Positions 39,667 through 50,260 are shown, numbered from the stretch's first letter. The stretch is 64,000 nt of DNA from Kaistella sp. (GCF_041824135.1 NZ_JBGZYM010000084.1:102067-166066); one strand, 5' to 3'. The notes: generated by a model from the sequence alone, not told the origin. Translations and numbers: made by a program.

Positions 39667-40224
39667 TTAGTGATTTATTCTTCCTTCAGATAATTGATAT
39701 AGATCCGGTAGGTTTCTTCCCAATTCATCGTAATCCAAACCATAACCTAAGACAAACTTATTCGGAATTTCTTTAGCCACGTAATCGATTTTAAATTCTT
39801 TTTGGTAAACATCTGGCTTTAGTAATAAAGAGGCTACTTTCAAAGATTTCGGACGCTGGGTGTTTTTAAAGTACTCGAACAGGCTTTCAATAGTGTTTCC
39901 GGTATCTACGATATCTTCCATTAAGATGATATGGCGACCTTCTACTTCTTTGGTTAAGTCCATTTTTTTGTAGACAATTCCGGTTGATTGAAGTCCTCCT
40001 ACATAAGAACTCATCTGGATAAATGCAATTTCGCATTGTCCTGGATAGTGTCTTAAAAAGTCTGAAAAAAACATAATCACTCCATTAAGAACTCCTATGA
40101 AAACAGGGATTTCATCCTTATAATCTTCATGAACTTTCAGTGCAAGGGCTTTGATGAGTTCTTGGATTTCGTCGTTTTTCATGTACGGAACGAACTCTTT
40201 ATCGTGAATTTTTACTATATCCAT
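39667..40224 (-). CDS. hpt: Hypoxanthine phosphoribosyltransferase
   Basis: MEDIVDTGNT PRPP motif and FVLGYGLDY. Confidence 0.9.
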   Translation of the reverse strand: MDIVKIHDKEFVPYMKNDEIQELIKALALKVHEDYKDEIPVFIGVLNGVIMFFSDFLRHYPGQCEIAFIQMSSYVGGLQSTGIVYKKMDLTKEVEGRHIILMEDIVDTGNTIESLFEYFKNTQRPKSLKVASLLLKPDVYQKEFKIDYVAKEIPNKFVLGYGLDYDELGRNLPDLYQLSEGRINH

Positions 40225-40377
40225 AGGTTTTTCTAAAGTGCAAATTTAAGGAAATAATTCGAAAGAGAATGGGATTAATCAACACCATATAATAAGGATG
40301 TAAATATTTTCTGTCTAAATATTGTTCAAGATTATTTTTAAAACTATTTTTGTAGAAATCTAAAAAAAAAGTAAAAT

Positions 40378-41664
40378 ATGGCAACTTACGTTGTGGTTGG
40401 TCTTCAGTATGGCGACGAAGGCAAAGGAAAAATTACGGATGTACTCTCTGCGAAATCAGACTATGTGGTGCGCTTTCAAGGAGGTGATAATGCAGGTCAC
40501 ACGGTGTATGCCGGTGAGGAAAAATTTGTTTTACATTTACTTCCCTCAGGAGTTTTGCAGTGTAAAGGAAAATGCATTATCGCCAATGGAGTCGTTGTAA
40601 ATCCAAAAGCATTCTTAAAAGAAATCGGTCAGATCGAAGAGAAAGGAATGCGTACCGATCACGTTTTTATCAGCAGAAGAGCGCATGTCATCATGCCGTA
40701 TCACATCTTGCTCGATACTTATCGTGAAGAGGAAGAAGGAGGAACGCAGATCGGAACCACCAAGAAAGGAATCGGACCTTGTTATGAAGATAAGATCGCA
40801 AGAGTCGGAATTCGGATGGTTGATTTGTTGAATCCTGAAGTTTTAGCCGAGAAGATCAAAAAAAATCTGAAAACTAAAAATTCACTTTTCGAAAAATATT
40901 TTGAAAAGCCAAAGTTAGATTTTGATGAAATTTACAATGAGTTTTTAGCCTTGGGTGAAACATTGAAAGACAGAATCGTTGATACGGAAGTGGAATTGAA
41001 TGAAGCAATTCACGACGGAAAAAACATTTTATTTGAAGGTGCACAGGCTGCAATGTTGGATATTGATTTCGGAACGTACCCTTATGTAACATCATCTTCG
41101 CCAACGACAGGTGGAGTTTGTTCTGGAGCTGGAGTTCCACCAACAAGTCTTCAGAACCTAATCGGAGTAGCAAAAGCGTATACAACGAGAGTTGGAAATG
41201 GTCCTTTTCCTACAGAACTGAATGACGAGATCGGTGAAGAAATGAGAAAGGTTGGTCACGAATTCGGTGCAACCACTGGTAGACCTAGAAGATGCGGTTG
41301 GTTGGATTTAGTTTCATTAAAACATGCAACCATGATCAATGGAATTAACAATTTAGTTATTACCAAACTGGATGTTCTATCTGGAATCTCTCCTTTAAAA
41401 ATTGCAACAAAGTATAAAACCGAAGACGGTAAAATTATTGATTACTTTACTTCTTCAACAACTAAGTTATATAACTACGAACCAGTTTATGAAGAGTTAG
41501 ATGGTTGGGAGGAAGATATTACGCACGCCAGAACTTATGATGAACTTCCGGCTAATGCAAAAAAATACATCGAGTTTATTGAGAAACATCTGGGAATCAA
41601 TGTTTATTTGGTTTCAGTTGGACCAGAAAGAACTCAGAATATTATTCGAAAAGAATTATTTTAA
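40378..41664 (+). CDS. purA: Adenylosuccinate synthetase
   Basis: QYGDEGKGK, GGDNAGHT, EGAQA and GATTGRPRRCGW. Confidence 0.98.
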   Translation: MATYVVVGLQYGDEGKGKITDVLSAKSDYVVRFQGGDNAGHTVYAGEEKFVLHLLPSGVLQCKGKCIIANGVVVNPKAFLKEIGQIEEKGMRTDHVFISRRAHVIMPYHILLDTYREEEEGGTQIGTTKKGIGPCYEDKIARVGIRMVDLLNPEVLAEKIKKNLKTKNSLFEKYFEKPKLDFDEIYNEFLALGETLKDRIVDTEVELNEAIHDGKNILFEGAQAAMLDIDFGTYPYVTSSSPTTGGVCSGAGVPPTSLQNLIGVAKAYTTRVGNGPFPTELNDEIGEEMRKVGHEFGATTGRPRRCGWLDLVSLKHATMINGINNLVITKLDVLSGISPLKIATKYKTEDGKIIDYFTSSTTKLYNYEPVYEELDGWEEDITHARTYDELPANAKKYIEFIEKHLGINVYLVSVGPERTQNIIRKELF

Positions 41665-41698
41665 TTTTAAACATCCTTTTTCGGAAATAAATAAAGCG

Positions 41699-41725
41699 AA
41701 ACCACTCTGCACAGAGTGGTTTTTT
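41699..41725 (+). terminator. Intrinsic terminator after purA
   Basis: accactct / agagtggt stem plus T-tract. Confidence 0.8.
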
Positions 41726-41895
41726 GCGTTCAAAAGTTAAAATTATTTTTGTGTTATGTTTTGAATGGTTTCTTTTAATTATTAGCAATTTATTGGCTTT
41801 AATTTTGATATAAAATTATCAATAAGAATAATTAAATATAAAACTAATAATCATTAAAGGCGTTTTGCAACTTAACCAATTAAAATAATTTAGTG

Positions 41896-42714
41896 ATGAA
41901 AAATCTACTTCAAAACAAAGAATTTCAACTTGATGAAATTCTTTTCGAAAACAGAAACAAAAATTATGGTGCTTATGCTTTAAGAAACGAAGCAGACCGA
42001 ATTCTAACAAAATCAATGTTCATAGGAATAGGCGTTTTTGCCATGATTGCGATAACTCCATTGTTGATCAACGTTTTTAATGCAACCGATGCACCAATCG
42101 AGAAAGAATTACCGCCTCCGTATGTGATTACTCATGTGAATGAACCGCCAGAGGTTGTTCCTGTTACTCCTGTCGCACCTCCAGCAGTTGCTCCAGTAAA
42201 CACTTTGGATTCCAGAGTTCCCACTCCGACCAGAGATGCTAAGATTGAGAAGGTAATGCCAACACAAACTGATTATGATAAAGCGGTTATCGGAACTCAA
42301 GATATCGTCGGAGATCCGCCAATCATAACAACAGTTCCGCCGGTTATTAATGTTGCTCCAACAACTGGTCCGCCAATAACGGCACCAAAACCTGTTGATA
42401 ATACACCGAAAACAGCGGTAGACGTTCAAGCTAATTTCATGGGCGGAATCAACGTCTTTAGAAATAAAGTCATCAATCAGTTTGATACTTCGGTGATGGA
42501 CGGAACAGGAGAAGTTGCTAAAACAACTGTTGTTTTCATTGTTGAAAAAGATGGAACCATCAGTGAGGTCAAAGCAACTGGCCCAGATGCTACATTTAAT
42601 CGGGAAGCCATTAAAACCATTAAATCGGTAAAAGGAAAATGGGTGCCTGCAAAATTAAATGGGGAGAATGTAAGAAGTTACTTCAAGTTCCCAATTTCAA
42701 TGCAATTTGAATAA
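41896..42714 (+). CDS. Energy transducer TonB family protein
   Basis: FENRNKNYGAY, single TM, Pro-rich linker, and C-terminal FIVEKDG..W.PA..NG..VRS. Confidence 0.9.
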   Translation: MKNLLQNKEFQLDEILFENRNKNYGAYALRNEADRILTKSMFIGIGVFAMIAITPLLINVFNATDAPIEKELPPPYVITHVNEPPEVVPVTPVAPPAVAPVNTLDSRVPTPTRDAKIEKVMPTQTDYDKAVIGTQDIVGDPPIITTVPPVINVAPTTGPPITAPKPVDNTPKTAVDVQANFMGGINVFRNKVINQFDTSVMDGTGEVAKTTVVFIVEKDGTISEVKATGPDATFNREAIKTIKSVKGKWVPAKLNGENVRSYFKFPISMQFE

Positions 42715-42742
42715 AAAACGTTCTATTTAAACCATAACAGAC

Positions 42743-42773
42743 TTATCCACAAAATACCTTGTTTTGTGGATAA
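42743..42773. promoter_or_regulatory. Inverted pair of perfect DnaA-box consensus sites forming a 12-bp hairpin
   Basis: ttatccaca (42743-42751) and tgtggataa (42765-42773). Confidence 0.55.
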
Positions 42774-42883
42774 TTTTATTTTAAGGTAACTCCATCAGAT
42801 GCAATACTTTAACTTTATTTTAAACTTTACCAATCGTTTGAAAATGATAAAAAAGTGTATTTTTGGGGATTAAATTTTATATA

Positions 42884-43657
42884 ATGGGTAAAATCATAGG
42901 AGTTGCTAATCAAAAAGGAGGCGTAGGTAAAACTACAACGGCAGTAAATTTGGCTGCTGCATTGGGAGTTTTAGAAAAAAAGATTCTTTTGATTGATGCA
43001 GATCCGCAAGCGAATGCGACTTCTGGTTTAGGGATTGAAGATGCCAATTATTCCACCTATCACTTGCTGGAGCATAGTGTAGAGGTGGAGAAATGCATTC
43101 AAAAAACAGCTTCTCCAAATTTGGATATGATCCCATCTCATATTGATTTGGTCGCTGCTGAAATTGAATTGGTCGACCGTGAAAATCGGGAGTACATGCT
43201 CAAAAAAGCATTAGCTTCTATTAAAGATAATTACGACTATATCATTATTGATTGTGCACCAAGTTTAGGATTGATCACTGTGAACGCGCTTACTGCGGCA
43301 GACTCTGTGATTATTCCAATCCAGTGTGAATATTTTGCATTAGAAGGATTGGGTAAATTATTGAATACCATTAAAAATGTTCAGAAAATCCACAATAAAG
43401 ATTTAGATATTGAAGGTTTGCTTTTAACCATGTTTGATTCTCGTTTGAGATTATCAAATCAAGTGGTAGAAGAAGTCCACCTGCATTTCCCTGAAATGGT
43501 TTTTGAAACAATTATCAGCAGAAATGTTCGTTTAAGTGAAGCGCCAAGTTTTGGTGAGAGTATTTTAAATTACGATGCAGAAAGTAAAGGGGCGATTCAG
43601 TATCTTCAATTAGCTGAAGAGGTTTTACTTAAAAATGAAAATTTAATTAATAATTAA
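42884..43657 (+). CDS. parA: Chromosome partitioning ATPase ParA/Soj
   Basis: ANQKGGVGKTTT, IDADPQANAT and DCAPSLG. Confidence 0.96.
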   Translation: MGKIIGVANQKGGVGKTTTAVNLAAALGVLEKKILLIDADPQANATSGLGIEDANYSTYHLLEHSVEVEKCIQKTASPNLDMIPSHIDLVAAEIELVDRENREYMLKKALASIKDNYDYIIIDCAPSLGLITVNALTAADSVIIPIQCEYFALEGLGKLLNTIKNVQKIHNKDLDIEGLLLTMFDSRLRLSNQVVEEVHLHFPEMVFETIISRNVRLSEAPSFGESILNYDAESKGAIQYLQLAEEVLLKNENLINN

Positions 43658-43717
43658 GAAATGATTTTCGAGGTTTAATTGTATTTAAACTTTAAAAATC
43701 CAGAAAATATTTTAAGA

Positions 43718-44605
43718 ATGAAAGATAAGAAAAGAGCAATGGGACGTGGATTGGGTGCGATATTAAGCGCTGAATCGAAAGCGTCTGTTAACTCCGCCAC
43801 AGATGAAGGTGCAGACAAGTTTGTCGGTAATATTATGGAGGTCTCTTTAGAAGATATTGATCCGAATGCCACGCAGCCAAGAACCTATTTTGATGAAAAA
43901 GCTCTGAATGATCTTGCGCTTTCTATCAAAGCTTTAGGAGTTATCCAGCCCATTACTTTAAGAAAAGAAGGAAACAGATTTGAAATCATTTCTGGAGAAA
44001 GACGTTTCCGAGCCAGTAAAATTGCTGGTTTAAAAAGCGTTCCGGCATATATTCGTTTGGTCAATGATCAGGAATTGTTGGAAATGGCTTTGGTTGAAAA
44101 TATTCAAAGAGAAGATTTAGATGCCATCGAAATTGCCTTAACTTATCAAAGATTATTAGAAGAGATCGGAATGACTCAAGAGAATTTAAGTCAAAGAGTT
44201 GGGAAAGAAAGATCTACCATCACCAATTCCATTCGATTATTAAGACTGGATCCTGATTTTCAGAATGCGATCAGGAGTGGTGAGATTTCTGCCGGTCACG
44301 GTAGAGCCATCATCAGTATCGAGGATGAGCAAAAACAAAAAGAGCTTTTTGACAAGATTGTTAAACAAGGCCTAAGTGTTCGTCAAACCGAGCAGGAAGC
44401 TAATTTGCTGAAAAACCCTAAAGTTGAAGTTAAAAAGGCCAAAACAGAACTTTCTAATAATTTCAAAAGAGTCGAGAAGAGTCTGGCCGATATTTTAGAC
44501 GTCAAAGTAGAAATAAAATCTGCGGCTAACGGAAAAAAAGGAAAGATCGTTCTGGATTTTAAAAACGAAGAAGAATTAGAACAAATTCTTGCACACTTTA
44601 AATAA
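43718..44605 (+). CDS. parB: Chromosome partitioning protein ParB/Spo0J
   Basis: AMGRGLGA, QPR, GERRFRA, ENIQREDL and HTH region. Confidence 0.96.
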   Translation: MKDKKRAMGRGLGAILSAESKASVNSATDEGADKFVGNIMEVSLEDIDPNATQPRTYFDEKALNDLALSIKALGVIQPITLRKEGNRFEIISGERRFRASKIAGLKSVPAYIRLVNDQELLEMALVENIQREDLDAIEIALTYQRLLEEIGMTQENLSQRVGKERSTITNSIRLLRLDPDFQNAIRSGEISAGHGRAIISIEDEQKQKELFDKIVKQGLSVRQTEQEANLLKNPKVEVKKAKTELSNNFKRVEKSLADILDVKVEIKSAANGKKGKIVLDFKNEEELEQILAHFK

Positions 44606-45234
44606 TGCAAAAGTTTACGATTATATTTTTGGTTTTATTTTCAATTTCGACTTTCGCGCAGATCAGTCCGAAAGACACCATTCGTGTTGAAAATTATCCT
44701 ACAGATTCAGTTAGTACAAAACAAGTTCCGTCTGAAATTGAAGTATTGACCGATATTAAAGAATCTAATGCTCCGGTTAAAGCCATGAAATTCAATCCTA
44801 CGAAAGCAGGTTTGTATTCAGCAATATTACCTGGATTAGGACAATATTACAATAAAAAGTACTGGAAGATTCCAATCGTTTGGGGCGGAATAGGAACTGG
44901 AGTTGGCGTTACACTTTGGAATCAAAAACAGTATAACCGATACAGAGATGCATTTGTGGCCGAACTGAATGGGCAAGAACATGAGTTTTCCAATATTCCT
45001 GGCGTGACCAAAGAAGTTTTAGGCCGAACCCAAGATCGAGTCAAAAGACAAAGAGATTATGCCATTGCAATTACAAGTTTGGTTTATATTCTTGGAATCG
45101 TAGATGCAGTCGTAGATGCACATTTGTACGAAGGTAGAAAAGATCCTGATTTGGCTTTGAAACCAACCATCATTTTTGATGAATTTGGAAAGGCTAATTC
45201 TAAAGCAGGTTTAAGTTTAAGTTATAATTTTTAA
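44605..45234 (+). CDS. DUF5683 family membrane protein
   Basis: SAILPGLGQYYNKKYWKIP and DA.VDAHL; follows parB. Confidence 0.85.
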   Translation: MQKFTIIFLVLFSISTFAQISPKDTIRVENYPTDSVSTKQVPSEIEVLTDIKESNAPVKAMKFNPTKAGLYSAILPGLGQYYNKKYWKIPIVWGGIGTGVGVTLWNQKQYNRYRDAFVAELNGQEHEFSNIPGVTKEVLGRTQDRVKRQRDYAIAITSLVYILGIVDAVVDAHLYEGRKDPDLALKPTIIFDEFGKANSKAGLSLSYNF

Positions 45235-45264
45235 TAAAATATCGACGCTGCAGCGTTTTGAAAT

Positions 45265-45969
45265 ATGAAAATAGCACTGGTTGGTTACGGGAAAATGGGG
45301 CATATCATCGATAAGCTTGCGACCAAGAAGGGTCATGAGATCGTTGCTAGACTTAATGAAACGCCGACTGCCGAAAATCTAAACAGCCCAGATGTCGTCA
45401 TCGAATTCTCGAACCCGGAAGTAGCTTTTAATAATATTAAAATTTGTCTGGAAAATAAGATCCCAGTGATCTGTGGAACGACCGGTTGGTTAGATCAAAA
45501 ACCGGAGATCGAGGAAATTGCTCTTCAAAATAATACCGCTTTTTTATACGGCTCTAATTTCTCTTTAGGCGTAAATTTATTTTTTGCTTTAAATGAAAAA
45601 CTTGCCAACTTGATGAAAGATTTTTCTGAATATAATGTCCAGTTAGAAGAAATCCACCATACCCAAAAAAAAGACGCTCCAAGTGGAACAGCCATTTCAA
45701 TCGCAGAGGGAATTATTAAAAATGATCCTCGATTCGATGCCTGGAAATTGGAAGAAACACAAAATCAAGAACTCGGTATTTTTGCGATCAGAGAAAACGA
45801 AGTTCCGGGAACTCACAGCGTTTATTACAAAAGTGACGTCGATGAAATCGAGATCAAACACACCGCTTTTAACAGGAACGGCTTTGCCGTAGGAGCCATC
45901 GTTGCCGCGGAGTGGATCATCGGGAAGCAGGGCAACTTCACTATGAATGATGTTCTTTTCAGTAAATAA
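45265..45969 (+). CDS. dapB: 4-hydroxy-tetrahydrodipicolinate reductase
   Basis: GYGKMG, GTTG, EIHHTQKKDAPSGTA and PGTH. Confidence 0.96.
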   Translation: MKIALVGYGKMGHIIDKLATKKGHEIVARLNETPTAENLNSPDVVIEFSNPEVAFNNIKICLENKIPVICGTTGWLDQKPEIEEIALQNNTAFLYGSNFSLGVNLFFALNEKLANLMKDFSEYNVQLEEIHHTQKKDAPSGTAISIAEGIIKNDPRFDAWKLEETQNQELGIFAIRENEVPGTHSVYYKSDVDEIEIKHTAFNRNGFAVGAIVAAEWIIGKQGNFTMNDVLFSK

Positions 45970-46051
45970 TTACTCTTTACTTATTATGGATCACTCATTA
46001 CTTTGTAACAATTTTCAAATAAAATAAACTAATAGCGATAAGCATTACAAT

Positions 46052-47701
46052 ATGAATTACTTTCTTACTTATTTAATTTACGTATTAATTCTCTCTGTGA
46101 TCATGGGAGTTTCTACGTGGAAGCTTTTCAAAAAAATGGGTTACAATCCGCTTTTTGCGTTTGTCCCTTTTTACAATTATTTCATTATCCTCAAGGAAAC
46201 CAACCATTCCAAATGGTGGGCAATACTTTCTTATATCCCAATCATCGGGCCGATAATGATAACGGTTTTCCATGTTTTTTTAATGAAGCATTTCGGCAAA
46301 AGATCTTTGATGCAAACTTTGTTAACCATTTTCCTGCCCTTTGTTTATATGGCGGTGGTGAATTATTCCAAAGACACCGAAGTTGAAGTAGAGGAAGATC
46401 TATATTTAACAGACGAAGAAAAAGCGGCCAAAAGAAAAGATACTTTCGCTGGCTCTATTACTTTTGCAGTGGTTTTTGCCACGATTATTCACGTATTTTT
46501 CACGCAGCCATTTGGGATTCCAACAGGTTCGATGGAAAGAACATTGTTAGTAGGAGATTTCTTATTTGTTAACAAATGGACTTACGGTTTCAGAATGCCA
46601 ATGAGACCAGTCGCTCTTCCTTTCTTGCAAGGAACCATCATGGATACTGGACAAAAAGGAAATCCTAAAGATGATCCCAAATCCTATGTCGATGCCATAA
46701 AACTTCCGTACACCAGACTTTTACAATTAAAGAAACCGCAGAAAAACGATATCGTTGTTTTCAATTATCCACAAGATTCAGTTCATACTGCGATTGACCG
46801 AAAAGATCCGTACGTAAAAAGATGTGTCGCTGTTGCCGGTGATGTTCTGGAGATGCGTGCCGGTCGACTTTTCGTCAACGGGAAACCAGAAGTCATTTTG
46901 GGCGACCAGCAGAAACAACATAAATATATAGCGACTACCGGAAGTCAGTTGGATATTCCTGCCTTATACAAGATCTACGGCTTTTTGCCGGTTCAGGAAA
47001 CTCAAACTCAAAATGGTTTCATCTATGATTTCCAGGGATTGACTGATAAAACAGCCAAGGAAATTAGAGAACTTCCACAGATCATTGAACTTAAAGAACA
47101 TATCTGGGAAAAAGATTCTGCCGCGATTTCGTTTAAAGTGAATGGCGCCAGAGATGCCTACACCAAAAATATCGATACTACACAATCTGTTTTTCCAGTC
47201 AACAAAAAATGGAATCAGGATTGGTACGGTCCTTTGCGAATTCCAAAGAAAGGTGATGTGGTTACTTTGAACCAGGAAACTTTGCCAGAATATCAGTGGA
47301 TCATTTCTGAATATGAGCATCATCATTTAGAAAATAATAACGGAAAGATCTTTATCGATGGCAAAGAAGCTACGCAATATACGATTCAGCAGGATTATTA
47401 CATGATGATCGGTGACAACCGTGATGCTTCCTTGGATGCACGATTTTTCGGTTTCGTACCAGAGGAAAATATTGTGGGATCGCCTATGTTTACTTGGTTA
47501 AGTGTGGAGGGATTGTTCCCGGATAGTGGTTCCACGTATCAGGCGGACAAGAAAGTGCGTTGGGACAGAATGTTTAAAGCAACCAATACTGGCGAATTAC
47601 ATAAAACCTCGTACTGGTGGATCGCCGCGATTATTCTGGTCCTGTTTTTCGGTTGGGATTTCATTATGAAATTATTTAGAAAGAAAGAGAAAGAAGATTA
47701 A
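46052..47701 (+). CDS. lepB: Signal peptidase I
   Basis: PTGSMERTL (Ser), YVKRC (Lys) and GDNRDAS.DARF. Confidence 0.95.
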   Translation: MNYFLTYLIYVLILSVIMGVSTWKLFKKMGYNPLFAFVPFYNYFIILKETNHSKWWAILSYIPIIGPIMITVFHVFLMKHFGKRSLMQTLLTIFLPFVYMAVVNYSKDTEVEVEEDLYLTDEEKAAKRKDTFAGSITFAVVFATIIHVFFTQPFGIPTGSMERTLLVGDFLFVNKWTYGFRMPMRPVALPFLQGTIMDTGQKGNPKDDPKSYVDAIKLPYTRLLQLKKPQKNDIVVFNYPQDSVHTAIDRKDPYVKRCVAVAGDVLEMRAGRLFVNGKPEVILGDQQKQHKYIATTGSQLDIPALYKIYGFLPVQETQTQNGFIYDFQGLTDKTAKEIRELPQIIELKEHIWEKDSAAISFKVNGARDAYTKNIDTTQSVFPVNKKWNQDWYGPLRIPKKGDVVTLNQETLPEYQWIISEYEHHHLENNNGKIFIDGKEATQYTIQQDYYMMIGDNRDASLDARFFGFVPEENIVGSPMFTWLSVEGLFPDSGSTYQADKKVRWDRMFKATNTGELHKTSYWWIAAIILVLFFGWDFIMKLFRKKEKED

Positions 47702-47709
47702 TGTTTTCA

Positions 47710-47809
47710 GGAGCTTCATCCCGCTTTCCACTATACCTGCCTGCCGGCAGGCAGGTCTTTTTTTCGTCGTTCCTCCTCAAAAAAGGATGCCGTTGCAATC
47801 GGGGCTAGG
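47710..47809. repeat. Structured intergenic element carrying a perfect palindrome insert
   Basis: ccgctttccactata[cctgcctgccggcaggcagg]tcttttt..aaaaaggatgccgttgcaatcgggg; same architecture as copies A and B. Confidence 0.7.
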
Positions 47810-47905
47810 ATTCAGGTTGCCCCATAAAAATAAGAGATAGTTGCTTCAGTTGATCCATCATCAAAGCAGTCCTGTTTATTATTTTCAAAATAAAGTTTTA
47901 TAAAA

Positions 47906-48517
47906 ATGCAGATTCTATTACCTATATTTTATCTTCCGCCAATTTCATGGTTTGCCGTCTTTTTGCAGGATGATGCTGAAATCATTTTCGAACAGTATGA
48001 GAATTTTCCGAAGCAAACCTATCGCAATAGAACTAATATTTACGGAGCCAACGGAAAACTCTCTTTGATCATTCCAATGAACCACAATGGAACAAGATTG
48101 CTGAAAGAGATCCAAACTTCCACGCGGGAAAAATGGCAACACATCCACTGGAAATCGATAAAAACGGCTTATCAGACTTCGCCTTATTTTGAATATTACG
48201 AAGATAAGTTAGAAAAGATTTTTTCTTTTAAAACGGCGTCTCTGGTAGAATTCAATTTAAATGCTTTAAAGATCGTTCAAAAATTACTGAAAACAGAAAA
48301 GGCATATTCTTTGAATAACGAGTACTTCAAAGAACCTGAGTATCTCAATTACCGCGATCAATTATCCGCCAAAACAGAAACTAATTTTCAAATGGTAGAG
48401 TATTATCAGTCATTTTCTGATAAATTTGGCTATTTGAAAGATTTGTCCATAATTGATCTTCTCTGTAACAAAGGCCCAGAAGCTTTGACCTATATTAAGA
48501 ATGTCAAAACAAAATAA
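47906..48517 (+). CDS. WbqC family protein
   Basis: KQTYRNR, HWKSIKTAY..SPYFEYY and LSIIDLLCN.GP. Confidence 0.9.
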   Translation: MQILLPIFYLPPISWFAVFLQDDAEIIFEQYENFPKQTYRNRTNIYGANGKLSLIIPMNHNGTRLLKEIQTSTREKWQHIHWKSIKTAYQTSPYFEYYEDKLEKIFSFKTASLVEFNLNALKIVQKLLKTEKAYSLNNEYFKEPEYLNYRDQLSAKTETNFQMVEYYQSFSDKFGYLKDLSIIDLLCNKGPEALTYIKNVKTK

Positions 48518-48525
48518 AAATCAAT

Positions 48526-50250
48526 ATGAATAAAATATTAATTGCAGCTTGTTTTATAACAGGCTTTGTTTCTTTTGCGCAAAAAGCAGAAACAGCTTTA
48601 GATCCTATGCAGGATAAAAATCTGATGACGTGGTATCATCAGGATTTTGGATCTACCAATATTTACGGTGTCAACACTCAAAATGCTTATAAATATTTAG
48701 ATTCCAAAGGTTTGAAAATCAAACCGGTAATTGTTGGAGTTTTAGATAGTGGTGTAGATGTTGACCATCCAGGACTCATCAAAAATATGTGGAAGAACGT
48801 CAACGAAGTTCCTAACAACGGAAAAGATGATGATGGAAATGGCTACATTGATGATATCCACGGTTGGAATTTCAGTGGTGGAAAAAACGGTGATATCGAC
48901 ATCGACAATATGGAAGTAACTCGGGTTGTTAAAAAATACCAGTCCATTTTTGAAGGACCGAACTCTACAGAGAATAAAGCCAATCAAGCTAAAATGCCTG
49001 AAGAATTTGTGATGTACATGAAGTCCAAAGAAATTTTCACTAAAAAAAGTGTCGAAGCCAAACAGAACTACGAGACTTATAAGAGAATTCAGGGAATGAT
49101 TCCATCGATGATTGCAATGCTGGGTGGCCAGAATCTTACACCAGAAGTAATTTCAGCGATTAAACCAACTACATCAGAGCAGGCAATGGCTGCTTCCGTT
49201 TTGGGACAGATCAGCAGAGATCCTTCCGTTATTGGAAAATCACCTGCCGAAGTTCAGAAGTTTTTAGAGGCGCAAATGAAAGAAGCTTTGGATTACTATG
49301 AACCACAAGCGACCAAACAATATAATTTGGAGTTCGATCCAAGAGCTTCTATTGTTGGTGATAATTATGATGATTATTCAGAAAAAAAATACGGTAATAA
49401 TCATTACGAAGGTCCAGATGCACAGCATGGAACTCACGTTGCCGGAATTATTGCAGGTCTTCCGCAAGGAACTGAAGTGCAATATGGAGTAGGTTATAAA
49501 ACTGCAAAAATAATGACTGTTCGCGCCGTTCCAAATGGTGACGAGAGAGATAAAGATATTGCAAATGCCATTAGATATGCTGTAGACAATGGAGCGAGAA
49601 TTTTAAATATGAGTTTCGGGAAACCGGTTTCTCCAGGAAAATATGTGGTTTGGGATGCTTTCAAACATGCAGAATCGAAAGGTGTTCTTTTAGTAAAAGC
49701 TGCCGGAAACGAAAACGAAGACATCGCAGAAAATGTTTATTTCCCAACTAATTATAAAAATGTCGAGGACGCCAAACCTTTTGTTAACAATATGATTGTT
49801 GTTGGTGCATCAACCAACGATAACGAATTTTTACGAGCGAGCTTCTCTAATTATAATCAGAAATTAGTTAACGTGTTTGCGCCAGGCGATAAGATTTATT
49901 CTACTGTTCCAAAAGGAAAATACGAATATCTCCAGGGAACATCGATGGCTTCTCCGGTAGTTGCCGGTGCAGCTTCTGTTTTGTTAGCATACATGCCGAA
50001 TTTGACTCCAGCTCAAATCATCGAAGCATTGGTGAAAACTTCTAATAAATCAACGGTGAATGCCATGATCAGTTCCAACACCAATAACAGATTTGATATG
50101 ATTTCTGAAGCTGGCGGTGTGATTGATGTAAGAAAGGCGGCAGAATATGCCTATACGAATTTTTATAAAGATTCGAAGGTAAAAGCTTCCACATCAACAC
50201 CGGTTAAGAAAAAAACGTACAAGAAAAAGCCCGTTTACAAAAAGAAATAG
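48526..50250 (+). CDS. S8 (subtilisin-like) serine peptidase, secreted
   Basis: Catalytic GVLDSG, HGTHVAG and GTSMASP. Confidence 0.95.
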   Translation: MNKILIAACFITGFVSFAQKAETALDPMQDKNLMTWYHQDFGSTNIYGVNTQNAYKYLDSKGLKIKPVIVGVLDSGVDVDHPGLIKNMWKNVNEVPNNGKDDDGNGYIDDIHGWNFSGGKNGDIDIDNMEVTRVVKKYQSIFEGPNSTENKANQAKMPEEFVMYMKSKEIFTKKSVEAKQNYETYKRIQGMIPSMIAMLGGQNLTPEVISAIKPTTSEQAMAASVLGQISRDPSVIGKSPAEVQKFLEAQMKEALDYYEPQATKQYNLEFDPRASIVGDNYDDYSEKKYGNNHYEGPDAQHGTHVAGIIAGLPQGTEVQYGVGYKTAKIMTVRAVPNGDERDKDIANAIRYAVDNGARILNMSFGKPVSPGKYVVWDAFKHAESKGVLLVKAAGNENEDIAENVYFPTNYKNVEDAKPFVNNMIVVGASTNDNEFLRASFSNYNQKLVNVFAPGDKIYSTVPKGKYEYLQGTSMASPVVAGAASVLLAYMPNLTPAQIIEALVKTSNKSTVNAMISSNTNNRFDMISEAGGVIDVRKAAEYAYTNFYKDSKVKASTSTPVKKKTYKKKPVYKKK

Positions 50251-50260
50251 ACTTTAAATT

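Noticed and set aside
45245-45256. 12-bp palindrome acgctgcagcgt before dapB
   Set aside because: Single short occurrence with no second copy or known motif match; could be chance.
42715-45264. parS site or oriC next to parAB
   Set aside because: No TGTTTCACGTGAAACA-like palindrome was seen by eye, and there are only two DnaA boxes with no clear box cluster.
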